A DNA stretch of 62,660 nucleotides, counting the filler, from Reclinomonas americana ATCC 50394 (taxonomy: Eukaryota): assembly GCA_048213135.1 (NCBI GenBank). It is 5 parts of 2 records of this genome, joined end to end, with 100 filler letters (N's around TTAATTAATTAA, not from the genome) between each part and the next. Parts side by side here need not be neighbours in the genome. Positions count along the whole stretch, not along the records: positions 1 to 18,442 come from PS015065.1; 4 more parts are not named here. The stretch is one strand, 5' to 3'. Under the pieces are notes generated by a model. It did no database searches. It was not told the origin of the DNA and saw only the letters and a list, made by a program, of their open reading frames with translations. A program made the translations under genes and the position numbers. Shown in pieces: positions 1-10,408 of this stretch (within the stretch, counting starts at the first letter, position 1; each line of letters opens with the position of its first letter).

Positions 1-72
<72 letters not shown>

Positions 73-80
73 GCTCTCTC
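1..80. repeat. (TC)n microsatellite
   Basis: Visible directly in the sequence. Confidence 0.95.
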
Positions 81-149
81 ACTCACTCACAAACACACTC
101 ACACACACACACACACACAAAGAGAGAGAGAGACAGCTGCGCACTTAAC

Positions 150-598
150 TTTGCCTTCAATCAGCAACCAACAGTCCTCACGACGATTGTGTCGCGCCAA
201 CTCCTCCATTGAGATCTCATTGCCCTGGAGAACGAAATTGAGATGCATGTGTGAGAGCGAGTGAGTGCGTGCGTGTGTGTATGAGAGAGAGCGAGAGAGT
301 GAGTGTGTGTGTGTGAATGTACGCAACTCGCGGCTTGGGCTTCTTCGATGCCGCCACTGCATGCAAATGACAGTGAGTGCATTTCATCTTGTGCGCACAC
401 GCACGCGCGCACATGCACACACAAGAGAGAGAGAGCAAGAGAGTAAGTGTGTGTGTGCTTTGGTATTTCACCTGGCAGCTGATGCGAGCTCTTTGGCATC
501 ACGCACTGAATGGTGAGCGCAAAGGCCAGCACGCCCAGCACAGCCGCGCCCACAAGGAGCAGCGGAGATGAGTCCCACAGTTGCCACACAATGTCCAT
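150..598 (-). CDS. Cytochrome b5-like heme-binding domain protein with N-terminal TM segment (3' part lies outside the window)
   Basis: Exons 598-472, ~357-328 and ~225-150 give MDIVWQLWDSSPLLLVGAAVLGVLAFALTIQ...VAASKKPKPR GNEISMEELARHNRREDCWLLIEGK. 'EELARHN..DCWLLIEGKV' is the b5-fold N-terminal motif. Confidence 0.8.
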
Positions 599-729
599 TG
601 ATGATCTCTTACGCGCGAAAAGAACAAAGGAAGAAGAGTTGCCTAGATCAATCAATGAAATGCATGACGACGAGGTACACTGTCAACGTGCGAGCGAAGA
701 GTCCCACGGAGCCCCGCTATATGTGCTTC

Positions 730-854
730 TTAGAGCGAGGCAGCAATGGCAGCGAGGCACACCAGCTTGCAGAACTCGGTGAACTCCTTGACGCTGAGCG
801 CACCCGAGTGGTCAGTGTCGAGCTCCGCAAACGACTGTACACACACACACGTGC

Positions 855-931
<77 letters not shown>

Positions 932-1555
932 GAGCTCGCCAGCGTGCACAGTAACAGTTACTCGTGATGCAAGCACGCAACAGCATCGATCTCAGCCTGC
1001 GAGATCTCCGGGACAGCGCCCACCGCGCCACTGGCGACCAGGTCGCGCAGTACTTGCGCCAACTAGTAGTGTAAGGTGAGTGAGCGTTTGCGTCACTTGT
1101 TATTCAAAACGGAACGCGCTCTCTCTCGTTCTCTCACCTCCGACTTCTGCAGCGAGCCAGAGTTGTCAGTGTCGGCGGCCTTGAACGCCTCGGCGACCTG
1201 CTCCTGACCCTCGTCGCCTGTGCATGTGTGCGAGTGTGAGCATGTGACTGGTGCACTTTCTTTTGCTCGGAGAAACACAAGACAAGTCATGATACAAGCC
1301 ACACGAATAACGAGACAAACACGGAGGCAAGTAGTTGGGACGTAGGGGAAACACCATAGCACAACAAAGGGAGAAAGACGGGAGAGACAGGTGCGGAAAA
1401 AAGCGCGTGTGGATCTGCGGGCCCCATGTCGTCATGTTTGCCCGACATGCCCACCCCCGCGCTCTACTTGCGTCACACAGACAACCGCATGCATGCCCCA
1501 GCGACACGCAACTGTCGAAGAAGGCGCTGATCTGCTCAATCAATTCGTCGGCCAT
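730..1555 (-). CDS. Small two-EF-hand calcium-binding protein (4 exons)
   Basis: Spliced product MADELIEQISAFFDS DEGQEQVAEAFKAADTDNSGSLQKSE LAQVLRDLVASGAVGAVPEISQAEIDA SFAELDTDHSGALSVKEFTEFCKLVCLAAIAASL*. Two DxDxSG loops; the GT-AG introns keep frame. Confidence 0.85.
839..927. repeat. (CA)n microsatellite in the EF-hand gene intron
   Basis: Visible directly in the sequence. Confidence 0.95.
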
Positions 1556-1641
1556 TGTATCTGCTTTGCAAGTTGTGTTTGAAAGTGTGGGACTTGTGCG
1601 GGACTGTTCGTACGTCGTTGTCTCTTTCAAGCAACGAAGCG

Positions 1642-2251
1642 ATGACCTCCAAGGTGCGTTCTTGCTTGCTGCACCTACTCCACGTGCGCCTTACAGCGAA
1701 TAGGTTTTGATCAGGCTTGCAGACATTGTGTTAAGTGCGACGGTTGGTGGGTCGCAGTCGCTCCCGATGGTCTCCACATTGTGAGCGTAGGCTGGGACAT
1801 TGCGGTGCGAGTGTGGTCTGTGGCGAGTGGTGAACAAGTGCGCCAACTGGAGGGACACGCTGATGAGGTACGGTGTGTTGCCGTCACTCCCGATAGTCAG
1901 TTCATCGTGAGTGGGTGTCACGACAGCACGATTCGTGTGTGGTCGCTGACGACTGGAGAAGTAGTGCGACAGTTAGAGGGACACGGTGCCCATGTGACCG
2001 CTGTCACCGTCACTCCCGACGGGCAGCACATTGTTAGTGGGAGTAACGATACCACTATCCGTGTGTGGTCCACGCCGCGTGGTCTGGCTGCACAAGAGCT
2101 TGCGGCCGCACGATCAGCCGTGCTGGCCGTCCATGAGCTGCTTGCCGGAGAAGACGACGATGACCACAATTGGATCCTTGTGGACGTCGTTCTTCGGTGT
2201 TTCGTGCTGGAGGATGCTGAGGTTCTTCAACGCCGTGCGCCGGAGTGGTAA
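1642..2251 (+). CDS. Short WD40-repeat protein (~3 repeats plus helical tail)
   Basis: Repeats LEGH..V..VAVTPD.Q.IVSG..D.TIRVWS. Start inferred as ATG 1642 with intron 1654-1696. Confidence 0.75.
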
Positions 2252-2311
2252 ACACGTAATGGAGCCCTTCGTCGTGCCCTAACTCGCCGCTATTTTTTAT
2301 TCCATTACGCA

Positions 2312-4428
2312 TCACCTTCTCCCATCGATCATGGCGTCACGCGGCGTGTACTGCAGCGGCTGACCTTCCGACATCTCGTCCACGTCGTCGTCTGGCGAGC
2401 CGAGTCCGCACCACTTGCCCGGTCGCGCCAGTGAGAAGAGCACATGTGCCACGTGGCCGACCACGGCGGCCACCGCCAACCCAACAGCCGAGATGAAATA
2501 GGCGTGAGTTTCGTCGTCGGCTGTGTGCGACGGATGGCACGGCTCAGCAACAAAAAGGAAGAAGGGAAACGAGTGGGAGAATACGATGCGCGCAACTTGT
2601 CGTGTTCTCCGGCCACCGCAGCAACGCCAGAGCCACGGCACCAATGCGCACCGCCACCAAATAAAACACGTGTACGCCAGCCAATTGTTGCGCTGTGGGA
2701 TGGGAAGAGAGAGAGAGGGAGAGTGCATGTCAGGGAGGCAAGTGCTCACGCAAGTGCATGTTGCAGCAAAACTCGCCTTTCGCCTCCTTGCCCTCCAGAT
2801 AACTCTTCTGCTCACGACGACGGGGTTCAGCGACGAAAAGAATGAACAAAAGACGACGTCACAAACCGCGTACCATCACCGCTCGCACATTGGGCGAGTG
2901 CGTGGCGTTGAGTACGACGGCGTAGAACTGCAGTGCTGCATGTGAGCCATCTCACAGCACCAGAAAGAACAATGCACGAAACTGCGAGGCGGAAGTGGCT
3001 GGCAAAGAAGCCGGCCAACGACGACGGTCGCTTGTAGACGGCACCAAAGCACGTCATGACCCACACGGTGGCCATTTGCACCACCATGGAGCCGACGCCC
3101 TAAACGTCATGTGAGCGTCACGGGTGGCAACCAAAAGCGGCAATTAACCTCGCAAGTGCTCACCTCGACAAACAGCAACAAGAGGCCGTACCTGTCGGGC
3201 AAACGATTAGAAACAATCTCTCATCTTCCCTTCCCCGACGTGGGATACGCACCATTGGAATCTGTGCGCACACGTTTGAAACACACACAGTGTGAGCAAT
3301 CAATCATCCGCGGTAGAGCAGCACGCAGTAACGACGCACACGTAGCCAAAGACGGCGACATGGAAGAACTGGAATGCCGTGCAGCCAAACGTGAGCACAA
3401 AGTGCAGAATGAAGCCGAGTACGCGCCGCGCCGCCGGAGTGTCCACTGCGAGTCACACACGCGTGAGCACACTCCATGTTACCGTCATGTCAACACGCCA
3501 TCATCACCTGGCTGCACAATGCCTTGTCGCTCGTGAAAAATGCTGACCACCAGCCAGTGGAAGCATAGCACAGAACACCCGAGTGCCACACAGATCTCCG
3601 TCTCGTACATGTGTCTCACCTGCGCGCGCTACGTGAGACACAGAAAGCGCTGAGCTGCAGCGGGACTGGGCTGGTCGGAACTCACAATTACGGCAAACAG
3701 AAAGGTGACTGCCGAGGGCGCTGCGAACGTGGCACAATGAATGGCTGCCAAGAGGAACGACCGCACTTGCTGGAACTGCACAGACACGAGAGGAGTCAGG
3801 GCCGAGAGGGGGGATCGAGAGGTCACGCTCGCTCCGCCGCACCGACGCATCGTCCTCACTGCGAAACACATCCAGTCGCAGGAAGCAGAATATCTGAATG
3901 AGAGGCCCTGTGAAGCCAAACAGCGCAGGCCACCACGGTGGATCACGACGTGCAGCGGTCGAAAAGGCCATTCTGCGCTCTCACTTGGTGAACACCAACA
4001 AATGCATCTGACAAATAATCACTTTCTCACACTCTCTCCCCACGCACCGCAAGTCACCAAAGAGCGACAACACCACCACATGCAGCAGCACGTTGAGGCC
4101 GGCGGTGCCGACAATCACACCAAACCATATTGTGTCGCCCGACTGCGCCCAATGAACACAGGCGACCACTGCACTCCACCAGTGTGCAATGAGCAGCAGG
4201 AGAGTGAACAGTGCAAAGATGGCGCGGCCAACGTTCAGCTCGCGATCGCTGGGCGCAAAGTAGTGCAGAGAGGGAGCTGCATGCAGGAGGCGGCGAGTCA
4301 GAGACGATAGATGCCACGCACTCTTCTGCACAGTGAGTGGCTCTATGAGCGAAACTGTCGGTTCGACTTCTTGACCGGAAGGCCAGCTCGTCGCCTGTCG
4401 AGGTGTCGATGCCAGAGGGCGCCCGCAT
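2312..4428 (-). CDS. Multi-pass membrane protein, weakly XK/XKR-like; exon boundaries approximate
   Basis: Several hydrophobic exons (AIFALFTLLLLIAHWW, GDTIWFGVIVGTAGLNVLLHVVVLSLF, CATFAAPSAVTFLFAVIV, YFISAVGLAVAAVVGHV) ending in DAMIDGRR*. Confidence 0.5.
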
Positions 4429-4577
4429 CTTGCGTCCGTTTTGTTCCGAGTAGTCAGTGGTGTCCCCCTGATTGACGACTTCGCGCCTTCTCTTGACGGC
4501 CTTCTCTTCGTATAGTATACCACTTTTACATCTTTACGGGTCTTTTTCGTTCTACTGTATATATTGCGGCTATCCAC

Positions 4578-7386
4578 TCATGCTGGGTCGCAGAGCCATA
4601 ACAACACAAGGACCTCGTCGTTCGTCACTGCGCGAGAAGGAGAGTGAGCACTTGTCCACGACGCACGGTGCGCTCGCTGTTCCTTGACTCACCAGTGGCG
4701 CACGGGTCACCAAAGATGTCGGTGTGCGCGCGTACGGTGCACGACTGCTTGCCTTGGCAGCTCTGCTTGAGCGCTGCCGTGCCGTCTACCGAGCAGTCGA
4801 TGGAGGATGCGTACGTCGCAGTCGTCGGACACTCGGCGTAGGTGGCGTGTCGGCGGCCAAACGTGCCCGACACAATCTACGTCAAGAGGTTAGAAACGAA
4901 TGCACTGAGCAGAAAAAACATGGACCGGAGGTGGACCGCTCACCGACACTGCGCAAGACAAAACAAAAAGTTAGTGAAGATCAAAGCGCAGTTCGCAACC
5001 AAGCGAGCACAAACGCACATATGTGGTCATCCTCGCACGTCAGCGTGACCTGCGAACCAAAGCACAGCACTGCAAGAACCAGCTGGTCAGTTCTGGCGAC
5101 GCAGTGAGATTGTAGGTCATTTGGTTGCAACGCACCATTTGCAAATGCCAAGTGATTGGCGGCCAGTCCACCGAGAGCAATCGAGCAGTCGTTGCCAGTC
5201 CACGGATTGTTGCACAAGCAAGCGCCTCGTGGTGTGCACACGCCGTTGTTGGAGCAGCGGTTCGCTGGTGTGCACTCGCCTGCGCACAGCACGGAGGGGG
5301 TTGAGTGACAGGCGAGTGATCTAGCAGGTGCGGGTACGCAACAGTTGGGACCACCGTATCCATGCGTTGTGTCACAAGAGCATGAGCCTGCGCGAGAAGG
5401 TGAAAGTTGAGCAATCACACTTTCTCCGCCGATTATCGGGGAACATGAAGCACACCGTCGACGTTGCATGTTCCTCGTCCGTTGCATGTGGTTGCCGGAT
5501 CGCACAGGCACGTGGCTCCCCCAAAACCAGTGTTGCAATTGCTGTACAAGGCAGCAAAAGTGAGAGAGTGCGACACACAGGTGTATCCGGCCGCATTTAA
5601 AGCACACCATTGCCCAATGTCGTTGCACTGGCCACGCCCGTTGCTGCCACCACACAAACACAACCTTAATCAGTGCTCTACCGTGCCCTGCGATCTTCTC
5701 GTGTTCTTCTTACCAAGTGGTGTTATCGGAACACGAAGTGGCCACAGGGCGTGCCAGTGTTGCAAGATCGCTCCAGGTGGACACGCCCATCGCCTGGTAC
5801 TGCACACTCTGCGTCGACAAGCCTGCATCATTCGCCGACAACGCCAGCACCTCCAGTCTGTGATTCCCGGCCGTCAGTGTGGTTGTAAAGTCGATTTCGT
5901 TGCTGCATAGGCGCGCACAAGAGGGTGAGTGCTATCTGATCGGCGCAGTCACGCGCACAAGCCAGGCAAACCTCCAGTTCTGCTGCCAGTCCACCGCCAT
6001 TCGCGTCCACCGCACAATCCCTGTTGGGGGTCACAGATAAGTCATTGGGATTGATAGGGAACAGAGCTGTGTGTGTGTGTGCCTGTTCACCATCGAGTCG
6101 CACGGCTGCTCCCCACCCCGCGGTGACGCCGAATCGGAACACGTACGTCCACTGTGAAGACACCGAAAAGTCGATGACGGTGATTCGTGCCTGACGAGTC
6201 GGGCTGTTCACTGCGCCGCACAAGTCGGCCGCACGCAGACCAACAGAGGTCGTCAGATTGCTGACTCCGCACTCAGCCGCAGACTGAACGCCAAAAGTCA
6301 GTAAAAGAAGGCACAGCTGCAGGACGTGGAAGATATTCGGTCGCGCCACACACCTCGGTGGCCTTGGCGTAGAGAACCGACCAGTCTGACGACACTGGTG
6401 GCGTTGCTGACATGCCGTACACGACCATGGAAATGCCTGCGAGTCACAGAAACATGAGCGCAAGAAGACGGCGAGGTGTCGCAGTCGGTACACAACTGGC
6501 CCCAGTGGAGCCCGAGGACACCAGTGCCGCTGCGTCAGTCCACTGACCGCCGTTCGTTCTGTACTGCAGACCAACAGCACCGTTGCCTGCGTCGTAAACA
6601 AGTCAGTGCGGCGGTTCTCGTGCGTTTCTATCTGACGCTTCTTCTCGTACTCACAGCAATCGTCAAAAATGTACATTTCCACGCTGCGCCCCCACACAAC
6701 ATCAGTTCCCATTCATCAACGCCGCAGCTGCAGGAGAGCAAAAAAACGCAACGTATGAGTTCCACTGGACAACGTAGTGGCCGGAATGTACTTGGCCGTA
6801 TCCCAGCTACCGCCCCACCAATCGTCACCAGAACTGCACAAGCGAATCGATCAGGCACTGCCAAGCAACAACATCCATCCCACGGTGACGCAACACACGC
6901 GCGACAACAGTGTTGTCAATGGCCACAAGACCGCCGAGCTGAGGACCCGAGTCGTACGCCCACCGAAACTCGTACTGCGCCGCCGACGACACCGAGAACC
7001 GTATGTACAGATGGTGTGCGTACTTCGCATTCTCGCTGACCTGACCGGGGCACACCACACTGCCCACCATCGTAGCCACGCTCGAGGGATTGCTCCTCGT
7101 GCACGTGCCCTGCAGCGCGTTGAAAGCTGTTGCAGTCGCCGTCAGCGACAGTGACGTGAAATCGAGCGACAACGCCGAGGTCCACGTGGCCATCTCGTGC
7201 TGGATAGGTGCTGTGTGGAGATCAACAACAACGCAGTGAGCATAGCATGACGCGGGACCGAGCATTCACAGGGGGAGAAGACGCACGAGTCGCACTGGCC
7301 GGAGCAATCGACAGCACCAGCATCATCGCGATCGTCGCCAGCACGATTGTTCGTCGCTCGCACCGTCGCTCCCATCTGGTGATCAT
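4578..7386 (-). CDS. Secreted protein: signal peptide + two CCXG-family-like beta domains + ~3 EGF-like repeats + C-terminal SUEL-type (galactose/rhamnose-binding) lectin domain
   Basis: Hand-spliced: signal IVLATIAMMLVLSIAPASA; YEFRWAYDSG..GGLVAID..DDWWGGSWD..LSSGTHTVEMYIFDDCCNG; second copy YVFRFGVTAGWGAAVRLDG..LTAGNHRLEVL; CNGRGQC, CNGRGTC and CSNNGVC EGF repeats; GTFGR..C..CQGKQSCTV..FGDPC lectin motif. Confidence 0.75.
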
Positions 7387-7717
7387 GTTGACTGCCGTAC
7401 ACACTCACTCACTCACTCTCACACACACAGTCGCGCACTCTGTGCGAGTGCCGTTTCACCCTCTCGCACGAATGCTGAAATCAAACGGTCTTGCAAAATA
7501 TCGACTCGCGATCGGGCGAGTGCCCGGCGACCTTCGACATGTGTCCTTTTTCTCTTACTCTCCTCGCAGACACACTTACGCACGTGTAAGGCTCGCCGAT
7601 CTGCAGAGCACAGACACAGACTGACTTTGCTTTGGTGTTGGCGGAAACGCCTGTCACTCGATGTGGCGGGAAACACATGTCCTGTCTCTCTCTGTCTGCC
7701 CGCGAATTGTGAGAGGA

Positions 7718-10265
7718 ATGGCCTCAACTCCTGCACGACGCACCTTCAGTCGCAAGCGCAGCCAGAATGCGCAGTCGGACTCACAGGGCAGCTCCTCTGC
7801 TCCACCGACACCCGGCACTCCAGCCGCCACCAATAGCGTGTTTCCCGCCACTGGCGACAGTCAAGAGTCACTGGAGGATGAGTTTGATGCAGTTGCGCGC
7901 ACTCTCCTCTCTCTCTATTATAATTGAGCCCGACTCTCACGCGCGTTGAGCAGCTGCGCTCGACGACTCCATGCACTCCCATGCAGATTGCCGCCTCGCC
8001 GGCGAGTGTCACTGTCACGCCAAGTGAGTCGTTCTCGTCACTGTCAAAGCCGCTTGGGTGGCTGCACTTGTCGACTCCACCTGCTATGACTGTGGGAGAG
8101 GGGGATGCCACTGTGCCGCCCATGGAAGACGAAGACAATCAGCAGCAGCGACGATTGGCAGCGCGAGGGCGACGGCGATTGGAAGGTCGTGCCTCGTCAG
8201 TGTCGCCAGTGCCCGGGAGCAGCGCAGCAGCAGCAGCAGTAGCAACGAGAGCGCGTGAGAAGAAGTCACGTACGCCTCCTCCTCCTGCGTCTTCTTCTTC
8301 TACTGCGGCGGCGGCGACTGCCATGGAGGAGGATGATTGTGTTCCATCGTCGCGCGTGCATCAGGCCTCTGCTGGTATGCGATGTGAAGGGGCGATGTCA
8401 GACACTCACGCATATGGAAGCTGACTGGTGCTCGTGCGATGCGCAGCCGCTGAGGATCCGTTCTCGTTCACTGCGGGCTCGTCGTCGTCGTCGACGACCG
8501 CTGCTGGTGCTGCTTCTGTGTTCCAGGCGCCGGCTGCCAAGAGCCGATTGCGCGCTGTTGTCAGTCGCTCACGCAGTTCTGTCGCATGCATGTCAGTGTT
8601 TGTATGCCACGTGTGTGGGACGCTGACTTGCGTCTCGAGTGCAGATCTTGTGGACGAGTTGGATGCGATCTGTGCGCGCTTGGGCGACAGCCAGTTGCCT
8701 GCCATGGGGCGGCGAATGTGGTGCGTGTGTATGTGCGTTTGCGTGTGAGTGTGTCGCGCCTGGTTCTCATCGCGGCGATGCTCAGTGCCATGGAGGCTGT
8801 TGATTTGGTGACGAGTTTGGAGAGCGGCCTTGTGCCGGAGAAACGGTTATGGAGCAAGTTGGTGTCGGCGTTCTTGCCGCAGACAACGCACTCGGTGCGG
8901 CAGCGGGCCGACGATGCGGTGGTGCTCATGTGTGGTGTGGTGTTGTGTGGTTGGTGCGTCGTGTGTGAGAGCTTCCCGTTCGTTTCGTTGTTGTATGGCT
9001 CACGCTGCACGCACAAAGGTGGGCGTCCGCTGTGGCTGCGGAGCCCACAACGGTGCAGCGGGTGTTGACCGCCTCGCAGCATCTGTTCAACATGGTGGAG
9101 ACCATGTCCATGGCCGACGACATTCAGGTGATTTTCCCCCCTCTACACGTGCTGTGATGTGCATGCAACCCCTCACACGCCTCCTCCCCGTGGCAGGAAC
9201 TGTCGCGGCTGTTGAAGCGACACGACGCACTACAATCGTTTGGCTCGATGAGCGATTCATTTCCGTTGTGTATGTGGGCACTGCGCCAGTTGTGTGCAGC
9301 GAATCCACGTGCCGTTGGCGACGCGCTCCGCGAGTCGGGAGTCATGGACCGCGTGCTGCAGTGGGTGGTGCGGTCGGTGGGGCTCCTGCTGAGTGGATGC
9401 GGTGGCGAGTTTGCTGCGCAGACGGCACTCGGGTGTGTGGAGTCAGTTGCGTTTGTGATGCACGATGCCGTTGCCTCTCTGTCCCTGCTGACTTACCATT
9501 TTTCCGCACAGTTCTTGGAGGCCGACGTGGGCGCTCGTCACCAGTCGTACGTTGTGTTGCAGGCGCGTGACGAGCTGACGGCGGCGCTGGTTTCCTTGTT
9601 CCGCCGCTCACCGCCCGATCCACGACCCGACATTACGCTGTCGGCGATGCGCGTGTTTGTGAATCTGACCAATGAGTGTGCCGACGCGTGTGCGGCGGCT
9701 GCCGAGGCCGGTGCGGTGCAGGCGGTGGCCGATCTGGTGCTTCGCGAATCACTACCGTGGGACACTCGCGTGCTGTGCCTGGCGGCGCTGACCAATCTGG
9801 TGGAGGATTCGACGCCGAACTTGCTGGCGCTGCTGGCACTCAACTGCACGGGGCAGAGCAAGTCGGAAAAGTTTTTGCGCGTGCTCGGCCGCCTCCACTG
9901 TCAAATGTCGAGCGCGGACCACGAGGAGTCGGAAAAGTGCATGGAGGACATGTTGATGGCGTCGTACGCGGCCCTGCTGATGGGCCTTGTTGCTGCATCG
10001 GGCGAGGGTGGCGCCGCAGAGGTGCGACAATTCCCTTTTCTTGTGAGTGTGTGTTGTGTATCATGTCCTCATCTTCCCGTGGCAGGTGCGTGCATCGCTC
10101 CCGGCGGCACGTTTCGCTGAGCTGCCCAACATTATCCATCGCTTCCTCTCGTTCCAACGGCAGACGGGGGCGGCGAGTGACGAGGTGGTGCGCAAGGTGC
10201 AAAATGTGGTACGGCAATTGCGTATCACGGTCGCATCGACAATAGGCCCGAGTGGTGGCGAATGA
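7718..10265 (+). CDS. WAPL: Wings apart-like cohesin release factor
   Basis: AMRVFVNLTNE, DTRVLCLAALTNLVE, MEDMLMASYAALLMG and VRASLP..F..L..IIHRFLSFQ match the WAPL C-terminal HEAT domain; disordered N-terminus. Confidence 0.85.
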
Positions 10266-10408
10266 AATACACACACAGAATATCTCCCTCTTTTCCAATT
10301 TCTTACACTTTTTTCTTCATCTTACAACAAAACAAAACAAACAAAACAAGATTAGCCGTCTATGCGAAAACAATACTTTTCCTTTTTCTCTCTCCCTCCC
10401 ACCCACGA

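Noticed and set aside
568-1031. ORFs with poly-HT/CV/ER/LS runs (also near 18200, 53950 and 54800)
   Set aside because: These are translations of (CA)n and (CT)n microsatellites in introns or intergenic DNA.
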